64,000 nt of DNA. Source: an uncultured Spirochaetia bacterium (GTDB taxonomy: Bacteria; Spirochaetota; Spirochaetia; SZUA-6; Bin103). Where the stretch lies: positions 73,270-137,269 of the forward strand of contig CATQHW010000005.1 in the NCBI GenBank assembly GCA_958296075.1, given 5' to 3'. Each line of letters opens with the position of its first letter. Position 1 is the stretch's first letter. This document shows positions 1 to 8,987 of this stretch, piece by piece. The notes beneath the pieces were generated by a model, which was not told where the DNA came from, made no database searches, and was given only the letters and a program-made list of their open reading frames with translations. A program made the position numbers and the translations under genes.

Positions 1-664
1 TGCGGGCTTGAGCCTGATGTAGCAGGGTCGGCACTGTCCCGCTGGAGGCCAATCCCTTCAGGACGTGCCTTTCGGTCCCGGAATGGTGGAGAATGCTGGC
101 GGTGTGTTGTCCCTGTGGACCGACAACCGGTGCGTGCCGCGGGTCCTCCAACGGATAGGTCTCGCGCGGTCCCAGCCTCTCGGCGGTAAGATACGAGAGT
201 TGGCGCAGGCGGTCCGCCAACGACCTCGCGCTCACGGACGAAAGCGCATCACGAGGCAGCAGGTAGCGAAGCGGCTCCGATCCGTCGACGTCCCAGCCGC
301 CACCGTCGGCGAACTCGGCGCGGACGCGTTTCACGGCCATGGCCATATCGGTGCGTTCACCTTCGGCTTCCCATTCCCACTGAACGTAAGACCCATCGTC
401 TTCCTGAAGCGAGATCCCGCACGCTCGGTGCCCGTGAACCTGATCGACCACGTCGGCCGTCGTGCCCAGACGTATGACGTTCCCGTTGAGCATGAGATGC
501 GACGACCATTCGTGCTCGCGCATCGTCTGGTGCAGGAGCGCCAACGCCTGGATCACCGACGACTTGCCGGACGCATTCGTGCCGGAAAGCAGCGTCAGCG
601 GGCGTAGCGGCAGCTTCAACAACGTGAAGCACTTGAAATCACGAAGATCAACCCGTGCGAACAC
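1..664 (-). CDS. ABC/AAA_21-type ATPase (DUF3696-like; Menshen NsnB-like), 5' part only, runs off the left edge
   Basis: Not in the ORF track (no stop in window). Manual translation from GTG 664: MFARVDLRDFKCFTLLKLPLRPLTLLSGTNASGKSSVIQAL (FK-x-F lead and Walker A GxNxxGKS), later YLTAERLGPR. Overlaps the stop of the DUF262 gene. Confidence 0.85.
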   Translation of the reverse strand, partial: MFARVDLRDFKCFTLLKLPLRPLTLLSGTNASGKSSVIQALALLHQTMREHEWSSHLMLNGNVIRLGTTADVVDQVHGHRACGISLQEDDGSYVQWEWEAEGERTDMAMAVKRVRAEFADGGGWDVDGSEPLRYLLPRDALSSVSARSLADRLRQLSYLTAERLGPRETYPLEDPRHAPVVGPQGQHTASILHHSGTERHVLKGLASSGTVPTLLHQAQAR

Positions 665-1781
665 CGAGGACCTCCTGAAACATCTGCTCGGCACGATGGA
701 AACGTTCTCGGACCCTCTTGGAGTCGTTCGTGCTATAGGTGATCGCTGTGACGAACTCGTCGTCTTGCAGCAGGCGACAAACGGACTCGCGAAGATGGTT
801 GGCGGATTTCTGGACGAGATCGCCGTGGTAACGAGACAAGCCGGTAGACATGACGTCCCAGATGGAAGCGTTGAGCACATTTCTGGCTTGCTCTCCCTCT
901 TCGTACCAACTAACGATGCTTTTCCTGAATGCGTGCCTCTCGAACAACAGATGGTTGTTTTCCATGCTTCGCTGGAACTCATCGGACAAGCGGTCGAGAT
1001 CGTCCGCTGTCATCTCGTTCATCTTACGTAGTGACTTGGCGAGGAAGTCGTCCATGTCGCCGCCATACCCAGCGAGATCGAGAAGTCGGAAGGCGCAGAA
1101 CCGATTGACGAACTCCCGGTCTCTCATTTTCTTCGTATCCAGACTCCTCCCCGTTGCTGCGAGGAACGATTCGGTGCCCGACGCCACTTTCAGGAACCGG
1201 GTAGCGGGTCCCATGAACAGACTGTTGCGCATCTGCTGTCTGCTGAGCGGCTCGCCGCTGTTTACGCGCTCGAAGATGTCCAGACGGGCTCGTTCCGGTA
1301 CTTTTGAGTCGATGACGTAGAAGATCAGGTTGCAGTCCTCGATCCGGTTCTTGAGCTTGGGCGGCAAGTCGGAGAACCGCAAACGGTCGAGTTCGGCGCG
1401 ATCCGGGAGACGGAGACGCAGTTCGTCCTGCTTGAATCGGTGAAACGTGGACAGGCGTTGCAGACCATCGACTACGATCATCCGCCCTTCCTCGTCCTCG
1501 GCCAGGTAGAATACCGGCAGCGGGATGCGCATGACCACCGATTCTATCAGTTTGCTCTGCTTGTCTTCCGGCCAGACGAAATCCCGCTGGAAGTCGGGGT
1601 CCATTATGTAGCTGCCCTGGTCGATCCGCCGAATGACTTCGAAGATCGTCCTGTTTTCGTGCCTGATCAACAAACGGTCGAGAGGATAGTCGCCCCACGA
1701 CTCGCCTGCGGTGTCCAGACCGTCCAGCTCTTCCCTAGCAGGGTTCTCGACCTGAGTCGCGGACTGTTCGGAATCGATCAT
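648..1781 (-). CDS. DUF262 (ParB/Srx-like) domain protein; Menshen NsnA-like
   Basis: Motifs PDFQRDFVW, LIES...IPLP, VVDGLQRLST, IFERVNSG. True start ATG 1781 after AGGAG elements; the upstream part of the 748-aa ORF is a shadow of the GNAT gene. Confidence 0.9.
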   Translation of the reverse strand: MIDSEQSATQVENPAREELDGLDTAGESWGDYPLDRLLIRHENRTIFEVIRRIDQGSYIMDPDFQRDFVWPEDKQSKLIESVVMRIPLPVFYLAEDEEGRMIVVDGLQRLSTFHRFKQDELRLRLPDRAELDRLRFSDLPPKLKNRIEDCNLIFYVIDSKVPERARLDIFERVNSGEPLSRQQMRNSLFMGPATRFLKVASGTESFLAATGRSLDTKKMRDREFVNRFCAFRLLDLAGYGGDMDDFLAKSLRKMNEMTADDLDRLSDEFQRSMENNHLLFERHAFRKSIVSWYEEGEQARNVLNASIWDVMSTGLSRYHGDLVQKSANHLRESVCRLLQDDEFVTAITYSTNDSKRVRERFHRAEQMFQEVLGVRTG

Positions 1782-1909
1782 GCTGTCGCTCCTGTCTCCT
1801 TTGGTGTCGGTACGCGCCTTACACCGTACTTCGGCGTGCGCGCGTCTGGCCAGCACGGCGCATGCGCAGGGCCGCGTGCGCGCGGCTGCCGAGATGGAGG
1901 CGTATCGCC

Positions 1910-3007
1910 TCAGGGGCCGGGAGCGCCCCGCGCCGCCTGCTTCTCCTGCCATGGTTGTCGCTCGCCGTAGAACGACTCGCGAGGCTTGCTTGGAGTCGCC
2001 GGCGGCGTCAGCGCGCGCAGCATGATCAGGAGATCGGTGAACCTGCCGCCGGAGCGCAGCCGTCGCGGCCACCGTGCTTCCTCGACGAAGTCGGCCGATT
2101 CCGCCAAGCGGCGCTGCTCGCCGTCCTCGGCGGCGACCATCAGCGCCAACTGCCCGATGCCGAGCGCGGACGCACGCTCGGCCGCGGCGTCCAGCAGGTC
2201 GGCGACGCAGTCGAAGTGCCGGCGGCCGACGCGAAAGCTCAATTCCGCGACGTGCTGCTCGCAGAAGGTGGAGAATCGCCGGAAGGCGACCGCGCCGACC
2301 ACTCGCGCCGTCGGCGCCTCCAGCACCAGAAACGCCCCGTTGCCGTCGTCGGCGGCGCGCATCACCCGGACAAAGTGACTCTCGTAGCGGGTGTCGCGGA
2401 ACGATGCCGACAGGGAATCCTTGATCAGCCAAGGCGGATCGGGGTGGTTGTACAGGACGCAGAGCCGAGCCAGATCGCCCCAATGCGCCTCGCGAATGGT
2501 CGTGGCGCCGCCGCCGGCGAACCAAAGGTCGTCGAAGTCTTCTGCGTCGGGCGCCAAGTAGCGCATGCCGTCGCCGGCGTGGAAGCGAAAGCCGTGGCGT
2601 TCGTACAGGCGGCCGGCGACCGGGTTGGTGGTACACAGGTAGAGCGCCCGGCCTCCCTGCGCGGTGAAGTGGCGAACGAGCGCTCCGACGAGCGCCGAAG
2701 CGACGCCAAGGCGCCGAAAGCGCTCCTCGGTGGAGACGAACTGCAGCGCGCCGACGTCGCGGGTGTCCCGCGGTGCGTAGTAGCACATCGTGCCGGCGAT
2801 CCGGCCGTCGATACGGCCGATGAAGTGCGGGGCTTGCATCCAGCGGTTGAGCGTTCCGGCCATCATCTCCTCGCGGATCAGCGGCCACCAGCAAAGGCGG
2901 TTCCAGTCGCAGGAGCGGCTGACCGGCGGTTCGGTGATCTCTATGGCCAGCGTGCTTCCGTCGCGCAACGGCGTTTCCTGGGCCGGGGAGCGGCTCATGC
3001 CGGTCAT
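1910..3007 (-). CDS. Tandem GNAT-family N-acetyltransferase
   Basis: Acetyl-CoA motif FRRLGVASAL and NPVAGRLYERHGF; second RimL-like half starting IREAHWGD. Start may be 3031, 3007 or 2998. Confidence 0.75.
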   Translation of the reverse strand: MTGMSRSPAQETPLRDGSTLAIEITEPPVSRSCDWNRLCWWPLIREEMMAGTLNRWMQAPHFIGRIDGRIAGTMCYYAPRDTRDVGALQFVSTEERFRRLGVASALVGALVRHFTAQGGRALYLCTTNPVAGRLYERHGFRFHAGDGMRYLAPDAEDFDDLWFAGGGATTIREAHWGDLARLCVLYNHPDPPWLIKDSLSASFRDTRYESHFVRVMRAADDGNGAFLVLEAPTARVVGAVAFRRFSTFCEQHVAELSFRVGRRHFDCVADLLDAAAERASALGIGQLALMVAAEDGEQRRLAESADFVEEARWPRRLRSGGRFTDLLIMLRALTPPATPSKPRESFYGERQPWQEKQAARGAPGP

Positions 3008-3148
3008 ATTCGTTCCACCATGATGTCTCAATAATGCCAGTTTTCGTTAGCGTGTGGTAGTCTGTTGATCTGATCCCGATAGGAGCGCCACAGCGGCAGT
3101 CGGTCCATCAACGAACGTAGCCGATCGGTGTGGCGTCGTTCCGAGGCG

Positions 3149-4135
3149 CTACCCGCCGCCGTGGGGTCGATCAGTCAACAGCCGCAGGAAGTCCGCTTTG
3201 TCGCGGCATTCCAGCGCGGCTTGCATCAGTACCTCCGTAGAGACGCCCTCCATCTCCGCCAAGCGCTGGGGCAACGCAGCCGGCGCCAGCAGGCCGCGTG
3301 CGCCGAATACCTGCCGCACCGCCGCGAGTTGCGCTTCCATCCGGCCTTCCGCCCGGCCTGCGGCGTGGCCCGCCCGGCGTTCGGCGCGCAGGAACGGATC
3401 GTCATCCGGCCCCGTGCCTTCCGCGGCACCCAGCGCTCCACCCACGCGGCGCAACGCCGCCGTGGTCGCGTCGGACAACTCCGGCTCGTTCAATGCCCGG
3501 TGAATCTCCGCCGCGGTCCAGCCGGGAAAGGCCCGGCTGCTCGGCGCCGAATGAAAGCCCCCATCCCCCAGCAGGTGAATCGTCAGACCGGGGCGCAGTC
3601 CAGCCGGGCGGCTCGGCGACGGCGTGTCGGGCACTTCTACCCACACTTCCGGAAAGCCCCAAGACTCGTATAGAGCGAGCTTGCCGCGGCGTACGTCGGT
3701 GGTGTTGTCCACCTCCAGCACTACGTCAGGGAGCGTGTCGCTGCCCACTTCGATGGCCGGACCCCAAGGCCGCGTCGCGCGCGGGCGCAGATACACCGTC
3801 TGGTCGGCCTGCATGATGCGCAGGTGGGCGCCGCGCGCATCGCGCACCAGGAGATCGGATGCTCCGAAGGTCTCAATCGGCGAGCCCCGCACGTGGGCAA
3901 TCGTCGTGAGCAGCCCTGCCAAGCGCTGCGGCGGATGTTCATGGTAGATGCTGACCGGTTCGCACACCATCGCGACTTCGGTATTGGCGTCCCAATACTC
4001 GATGCGCCCTTCGTAGTCGGCGATTGACTCCCGCGAAATACGCACCGGCCGGCAGCCGGGGAACTGCAACGACTCCGGCTCACTCTCACCATACGGTGCC
4101 GGCCGCGGGAGAGCGCTGACGTGGTATTGAGTCAT
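3149..4135 (-). CDS. Uma2-family PD-(D/E)XK endonuclease
   Basis: QAD...LPDVVLEVDNTT...KLALYESWGFPEVWV; C-terminal GRAEGRME-type tail. Confidence 0.85.
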   Translation of the reverse strand: MTQYHVSALPRPAPYGESEPESLQFPGCRPVRISRESIADYEGRIEYWDANTEVAMVCEPVSIYHEHPPQRLAGLLTTIAHVRGSPIETFGASDLLVRDARGAHLRIMQADQTVYLRPRATRPWGPAIEVGSDTLPDVVLEVDNTTDVRRGKLALYESWGFPEVWVEVPDTPSPSRPAGLRPGLTIHLLGDGGFHSAPSSRAFPGWTAAEIHRALNEPELSDATTAALRRVGGALGAAEGTGPDDDPFLRAERRAGHAAGRAEGRMEAQLAAVRQVFGARGLLAPAALPQRLAEMEGVSTEVLMQAALECRDKADFLRLLTDRPHGGG

Positions 4136-4141
4136 GACCTG

Positions 4142-4147
4142 ATTCTA
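4142..4147 (-). promoter_or_regulatory. -10 box (TAGAAT) 6 nt before the Uma2 start; probable leaderless promoter
   Basis: TAGAAT-caggtc-ATG with no Shine-Dalgarno. Confidence 0.55.
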
Positions 4148-4214
4148 ACACGGCGGCCCGGTGAACTGCGGACCACCTGTGCACCGAGCCGCATTCTGTA
4201 TCTGGTGCAGGACC

Positions 4215-4560
4215 TTCGCTGGAGTCGGCTGCGCGGCCTGTCGGGCAGGGTGTATTCGATCATCCGATCCGCCACGAGTCGCCGGATGACCTTATTGAGT
4301 TGGCCTGAAATCTCCTTCTGTCCCAGGTTCTGCGATAGCTCGCCTTTGCCATCGTACCCTCAGCCAGCAACACAAGCAGTCTCGCCTCCAGCGACTCTGG
4401 CTGTGACTCTGGCCGTACTCCGTTCCCGTGTCCCTGACGAGCCCGTCCGCTGCCTGGTAGGCGGCGGAATATCGAAACTCCAACCACAGGCCGCCCTTGT
4501 AGCTGATCGGGTTGGGGTAGGGTTCGACGACGATCTGCAAGTACTCCCGCCCCGACTCCG
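4215..4560 (-). pseudogene. Relic of an AlbA_2-HATPase-wHTH ('RecG-like ATP-binding') gene: post-AlbA segment joined to the C-terminal part, frameshifted
   Basis: Reads ESGREYLQIVVEPYPNPISYKG, then GLWLEFRYSAAY, then across frames ESLEARLLVLLAEG and ELSQNLGQKEISGQLNKVIRRLVADRMIEYTLPDRPRSRLQ, which I recall as typical of this family's C-terminus. Confidence 0.65.
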
Positions 4561-4663
4561 TCTTCAGGAGTTGCGCGGCGGCATGGACTTCAACGATGAA
4601 AGCCAGCTCGGCGCCGGCGCGCGGATGAACATGATCCTGAATAGCGACCATGACGGAAGATGA
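4559..4663 (+). pseudogene. Collapsed relic of type I R-M methyltransferase HsdM
   Basis: DFNDESQLG (HsdM N-terminal motif) directly fused to ARMNMIL (HsdM post-motif-II segment). Confidence 0.5.
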
Positions 4664-4672
4664 GAAAGCGTC

Positions 4673-4891
4673 GTGAGAGAGAGTCAGCTCGTCGAATGGA
4701 AGGAATCATGGCGCGATGAGTACCTGAAGTGGATTTGCGGGTTCGCCAATGCTCAGGGCGGCGTGCTGGAGATCGGCAGGAACGATCACGGCGAGGTGGT
4801 CGGCGTCAAGGACGTGCTCCGGCTGTTCGAAGAGATCCCAACAAGGCGCTGGCGTCGCTCGGCATCGTGGTCGACGTGAATCTCAGATCGG
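4673..4891 (+). pseudogene. N-terminal AlbA_2 (Schlafen-like) fragment, frameshifted and truncated
   Basis: MRESQLVEWKESWRDEYLKWICGFANAQGGVLEIG...EEIP, frameshift near 4840, then NKALASLGIVVDVNLRS. Confidence 0.8.
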
Positions 4892-4930
4892 TTGCCGAAC
4901 TGATGAACACCCATCGACGACGGTGACCGG

Positions 4931-4963
4931 CAGGGGGGCCGGAGCGGCGCTCCGGCCCCCCTG
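4931..4963. terminator. Perfect 15-bp GC-rich hairpin downstream of the lipoprotein gene
   Basis: CAGGGGGGCCGGAGC-ggc-GCTCCGGCCCCCCTG; no U-tract. Confidence 0.6.
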
Positions 4964-4971
4964 AGGTCGGG

Positions 4972-6678
4972 TCAGCTACAGGTGTTGACCTTTCCCGGAG
5001 TGGCGGTCATGGCGCGGAAGTCCGTGCCGTTGTCGTTGCTGTCGGAGCCGTTGGGGCAGCGGCCGATCGACTTGCCGGCGGTGGCTGGATCGGTGGGCGC
5101 GGACGCGCCTTCGCCGGCGCCGGTGGGGGTCCCTTCGTACTGGACCGCGTCCATCACCTTCTCATCTGCGATTCTCACGATGCGGACCGCGTCCGGGCCC
5201 TGCTGCAGGCCGCTGCTGCCGAGCGCTATCTTGACGGTTGCGTCCGGCAGCGTTGCGGCGTCCAGCACCGCCTTGTCACCGATCACCAGGTACTTGCCGG
5301 CGGCGAGCGAACCGGCACCGGTGTAGGAGGCGTACGCCTCGCCGTCGCCGACGTCGACCATCTCGATGCGGTAGCCGGTCAGGTCGACGGGGCTGGAGCC
5401 GGGATTCAGTATCTCCACGAATTCGGCGGTGTCGCTGCTGCCGGGCTGGTCGTAGTCGATCTCATTGATCAACAGAGCCGCCGCCGGCAGCTGCAAGGAG
5501 TCGGGGAACAGGTTTGCCGGGACCGTAAAGCTGGCCGTGGAGGTGAGACCGCCTTGGGTGGCGATCACCTTCAGGGTGCCGGTCTTGGTCTGGTCGTAGC
5601 CGGTCAGGACGGCCGGGTTGACCGTGGAGTCGACGAACGAGGTGCCGGTGACGGCGTTTCCGCCGGCTTTGAAGCTCCATGCGTAGGTGACGCCCGAGCC
5701 GTCGCCCGCGCTGGAGACAACCGCGGTCCAGCGCACCCCGGCGGGCGTGCGCCGGCCGGCAACGCTCAGCACCGCCGGCCCCAGGGCCGCCGACAGCCCC
5801 GCCGACTCATCGACCGGGATGCGGAAGTCGACCGCGACGCGATTGCCGGCGGCGTTGGTCACCATGATCTTCGCCGTGTAGCGTCCCTTCGCGGCCGGCG
5901 CCGTGTAGGTGCTGGTTACCGAGGCCGTGCCGGTCGCGCCGCTCTGGGGACTGTCCGTGGTGACGGTTCCGGTGGGCGGCGCGAAGGTGCCGTTGCTGAA
6001 CCGGTAGTTGAGCGTCTCGGCCTTCTTGCCGGTCACCGACACGGTCACCGTGGCGGTGCCTCCGGCCCGGACCTGCTGCGTCGTGATCGCGGAGACGACG
6101 GGGAACTGGCCGGCGTTGTTGCCGCTCACCGCGGCCAGATTGATGGTCAACTCGGCGGTGGCGCGGGTGAGCGTGGCGCGGTGCGTGCCCCGGAACAGCA
6201 CCGTGTCGCTGCTGTTCTTGGCCTCCGCGGTGAAGGTGATCGGGGTGTCGAGCGTGATCCCCACCAGGGTGCCGGTCCAGGTCATCGACGACTTGGTGAG
6301 CGTTACCGTGAGAAGCGGATCCTGCCGCACGCCGTTGGCGTCGTTCCCGGCGGCGGTGACCGTGACCGACCTGACGTCGTCGTGGCTGCCGGCCGCCGCG
6401 TACGACGGTGGCGTCGCGCCGAGCACCAAGATCCTGCCCGCGGCCGGCGTCGCAGCGGCGGCCGGATGGGCGCGGCGCGCGGACCGGGCCGGGGCCAGCG
6501 CCGGAACCGACACCCGCACCTCGATGTCAGCGGTCCGGTACCGCCGGACGGGCGCGGGGGCCGGCGCCGACGCCGACGCCGGGTCCGGAAAGGCCGGCAT
6601 CAGGTCGGAACAGGCGACAAACGAAGCGGCGAGCACCGCTAACGCAATGCGGCTCAGTGTGGCGAGTAGATGTTTCAT
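4972..6678 (-). CDS. Surface lipoprotein with Ig-like beta-sandwich domains and a C-terminal lamin-tail domain
   Basis: Signal peptide with lipobox (MKHLL...SFVA-C); Thr/Val-rich beta segments; LTD motif LLINEIDYDQPGSSDTAEFVEILN...VDLTGY...SIGRCPNGSDSNDNGTDF...TPG. Confidence 0.8.
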   Translation of the reverse strand: MKHLLATLSRIALAVLAASFVACSDLMPAFPDPASASAPAPAPVRRYRTADIEVRVSVPALAPARSARRAHPAAAATPAAGRILVLGATPPSYAAAGSHDDVRSVTVTAAGNDANGVRQDPLLTVTLTKSSMTWTGTLVGITLDTPITFTAEAKNSSDTVLFRGTHRATLTRATAELTINLAAVSGNNAGQFPVVSAITTQQVRAGGTATVTVSVTGKKAETLNYRFSNGTFAPPTGTVTTDSPQSGATGTASVTSTYTAPAAKGRYTAKIMVTNAAGNRVAVDFRIPVDESAGLSAALGPAVLSVAGRRTPAGVRWTAVVSSAGDGSGVTYAWSFKAGGNAVTGTSFVDSTVNPAVLTGYDQTKTGTLKVIATQGGLTSTASFTVPANLFPDSLQLPAAALLINEIDYDQPGSSDTAEFVEILNPGSSPVDLTGYRIEMVDVGDGEAYASYTGAGSLAAGKYLVIGDKAVLDAATLPDATVKIALGSSGLQQGPDAVRIVRIADEKVMDAVQYEGTPTGAGEGASAPTDPATAGKSIGRCPNGSDSNDNGTDFRAMTATPGKVNTCS

Positions 6679-6734
6679 GCCACCTACAACGCCCCGGCGT
6701 CCGTGGCGCTTCATGCACGCCGCGGACGCCGCCG

Positions 6735-8810
6735 TCAGGTCGGCGCGCGGCGGTTCGGGCCGATTTCGGCGGCCGGGCCGATGCGGTCGAACGGTATCTC
6801 CTGCATGCCGGCCTGGTAGGCCGGGCAGCCGATCGCCAGCCGCAGGTCGTCGTTGCGCTCGTCCGCGAAGCCCGGATCGACGCCGATCAGATTCCCTGCG
6901 TCCGGCACCAGGCGCGGATCGACGTCGCGCAGCGTCAGCAGCCAACGGCCGCCGTAGCACAGGTTGTTGACGATCACGTTGCCGGTGGGCTGAAAGCCGC
7001 CTCCGGCCGCGTACACCGCGTCCAGCTCGGCCAACTGCGGGTACCGCTCGGCGTAGGGCGGCTGGTGGTGGTTCATCTCTTCGAGCCGCGGGCGCATGGT
7101 CCGGTAGACCATGTCCCGCCACTGCTCGGTCAGGCACTGGCCGCGCCCGTCGAGCTGGACCGCCGGCTCGCAATGCACGAACAGGTTGTTCTCTACCCGG
7201 TTGTCGCGGCCGCCGCCGATCAGCACGGCGCGCGTGCAGCGCAGGAAGACGTTGCCGAATATCGTGGTGCCGCTGGCGCAGTCGTCGAGATAGACCGCCC
7301 GCACGCCGTGCCGGCCGTAGCCGAATATGCCCAGATCGTGGAAGAAGTTGTGGCGCACCACGTTGCCCCGCTCGGTCCAGTCCCGCCCCATGTAGAAGGC
7401 GCCGGCGTCGCCGGTCTGGGTGCAGACGTGGTCGATCTCGTTGCGCTCGACCATGTGGTCGTTGCCGTGAAGCAGCACCGCGGTATGCGGCGCATCGTGC
7501 AGGTGGTTGTGCGCGACCCGGTTGCCGACCCCGTGCAGATCGACGCCGGGGGTGTAGGTGAGCAGCAGGCGGCTGAAGTGGTGGATGTCGCAGTGCTCGA
7601 CCGCGTGGCCGGCCGGCTGCAGCGTGCGGCGGTCGCCGCCGGCGAGCTGCACGCCGCCCGCACCGGTGTGATGTATCTCGCTCCGCTCGACGCGATGGCC
7701 GTCGCCGCCGTCCACGGTGACTCCGTAGTGACCGGTGTGGCGGATCTCGCAGTGGCTGACCGTCACCTCCCGGCCGCCGCTGACGGTGACGGCGTCCCCG
7801 CGGCAGCATTCGATGGTCAGGTCGCGCAGCTGCACGTGGGAGGCGTCGCGGACGGCGATAACCGCGTCGGACAAGATCGACACCGTGACCACTACCTCCG
7901 GCGGCGACGGATCGCCCGGCGGCCAGAAGTACAGGAGCCCGTCCCGCCGATCCAGGTACCATTCGCCGGGGGAGTCGAGCTCCTCCAGCACGTTCAGGAA
8001 GTAGTAACGCTGCCCGGTGGTGTATCCGTAGGCGCCGGGCTGATCGGTGGTGACCAGCCGGGCGTCGAGGTCGATCGAAACGACGCGTTGATAGGAGTCG
8101 GCCCAATCATAGGTCCAGTAGCCGTGCACCAGCGCCTCGGCCGGCCGGAGCCAGCCGCGCGGCCGGTCGCCGAAGTACTCGAAGCTGCGGTTGGGCTCGT
8201 CGCTGCTGGCGTCCCAGGGCACGTCGTCGGTGCCGCCGCGCCGCGGCGCGGCGACGCGGGCGATGGTCACGAACGAATGGTCGGGCCAGCGCGCCAGGGT
8301 CATCCGCCGGTCCCGGTAGAACACCTCCATCGCGGCCGGGCGGCGGCCGCGGCCGAAGCCGACCGGATCGAGGGCGCCGTAGTCGTCGATCCCCTGCGCG
8401 CGGAGGTCGGCCACCAGCACGCGGCCGCGCGCCGCCGGCGACAGCCGTCGCCGCGCCTCCGCAGTGGCGCCCGATTCCGCGATCGGCCGGAACCCCGCCG
8501 CGGCGCAGCCGCCGATCAGGTGGACCTTCTCGCCCGGGAAGGCGCGGTAGACGACGGGCGCGTCCTGAGTGCCACCGTCATCGGGGCCGAGATCGAAGGG
8601 CGTTTCCCGATGGTAGCGCCAACCGCGCAGCCACACCGTCGCGCCGGCGGTCGTCCCGCCGGAACGGCGCCGCGCCTGCAGCGCATCGCGCGCCGCCTCC
8701 AGGGTAGCGAACGGACCGTCGCGTCCGTCGCCGGTCGGGTCGGGATGGCGACCGCTCCAGGCATCGCTTCCGGCCGGGGATACGTACAGGTCGAGGCTGT
8801 CGTCTACCAT
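6735..8810 (-). CDS. Right-handed parallel beta-helix protein (GH141-like glycoside hydrolase/lyase)
   Basis: YVSPAGSDAWSG...DGPFATLEAARDA, LARWPD, LEELDSPGEWYLD, DAGAFY, VYLDD and PbH1-type repeats. Confidence 0.8.
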   Translation of the reverse strand: MVDDSLDLYVSPAGSDAWSGRHPDPTGDGRDGPFATLEAARDALQARRRSGGTTAGATVWLRGWRYHRETPFDLGPDDGGTQDAPVVYRAFPGEKVHLIGGCAAAGFRPIAESGATAEARRRLSPAARGRVLVADLRAQGIDDYGALDPVGFGRGRRPAAMEVFYRDRRMTLARWPDHSFVTIARVAAPRRGGTDDVPWDASSDEPNRSFEYFGDRPRGWLRPAEALVHGYWTYDWADSYQRVVSIDLDARLVTTDQPGAYGYTTGQRYYFLNVLEELDSPGEWYLDRRDGLLYFWPPGDPSPPEVVVTVSILSDAVIAVRDASHVQLRDLTIECCRGDAVTVSGGREVTVSHCEIRHTGHYGVTVDGGDGHRVERSEIHHTGAGGVQLAGGDRRTLQPAGHAVEHCDIHHFSRLLLTYTPGVDLHGVGNRVAHNHLHDAPHTAVLLHGNDHMVERNEIDHVCTQTGDAGAFYMGRDWTERGNVVRHNFFHDLGIFGYGRHGVRAVYLDDCASGTTIFGNVFLRCTRAVLIGGGRDNRVENNLFVHCEPAVQLDGRGQCLTEQWRDMVYRTMRPRLEEMNHHQPPYAERYPQLAELDAVYAAGGGFQPTGNVIVNNLCYGGRWLLTLRDVDPRLVPDAGNLIGVDPGFADERNDDLRLAIGCPAYQAGMQEIPFDRIGPAAEIGPNRRAPT

Positions 8811-8987
8811 TCGGGGCCTCCTCGCGATTCGGGCTCAGGCTATGGCCGACATGCCGGCGGCACGGCCGGCATGCTCGCGAAGTCTACTACGCGCCGGCGG
8901 CGGCGACCCACGTCGGCGCGCCACGTGACGGGGCGGATCTGCGGTCGGGTCGTGTCGGTACCGCCGACGAACGGCTATGATGCAGCC

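Noticed and set aside
4931..4963. Perfect hairpin as a MITE or REP element
   Set aside because: I noticed no second copy or target duplication; its position just after a stop codon fits a terminator.
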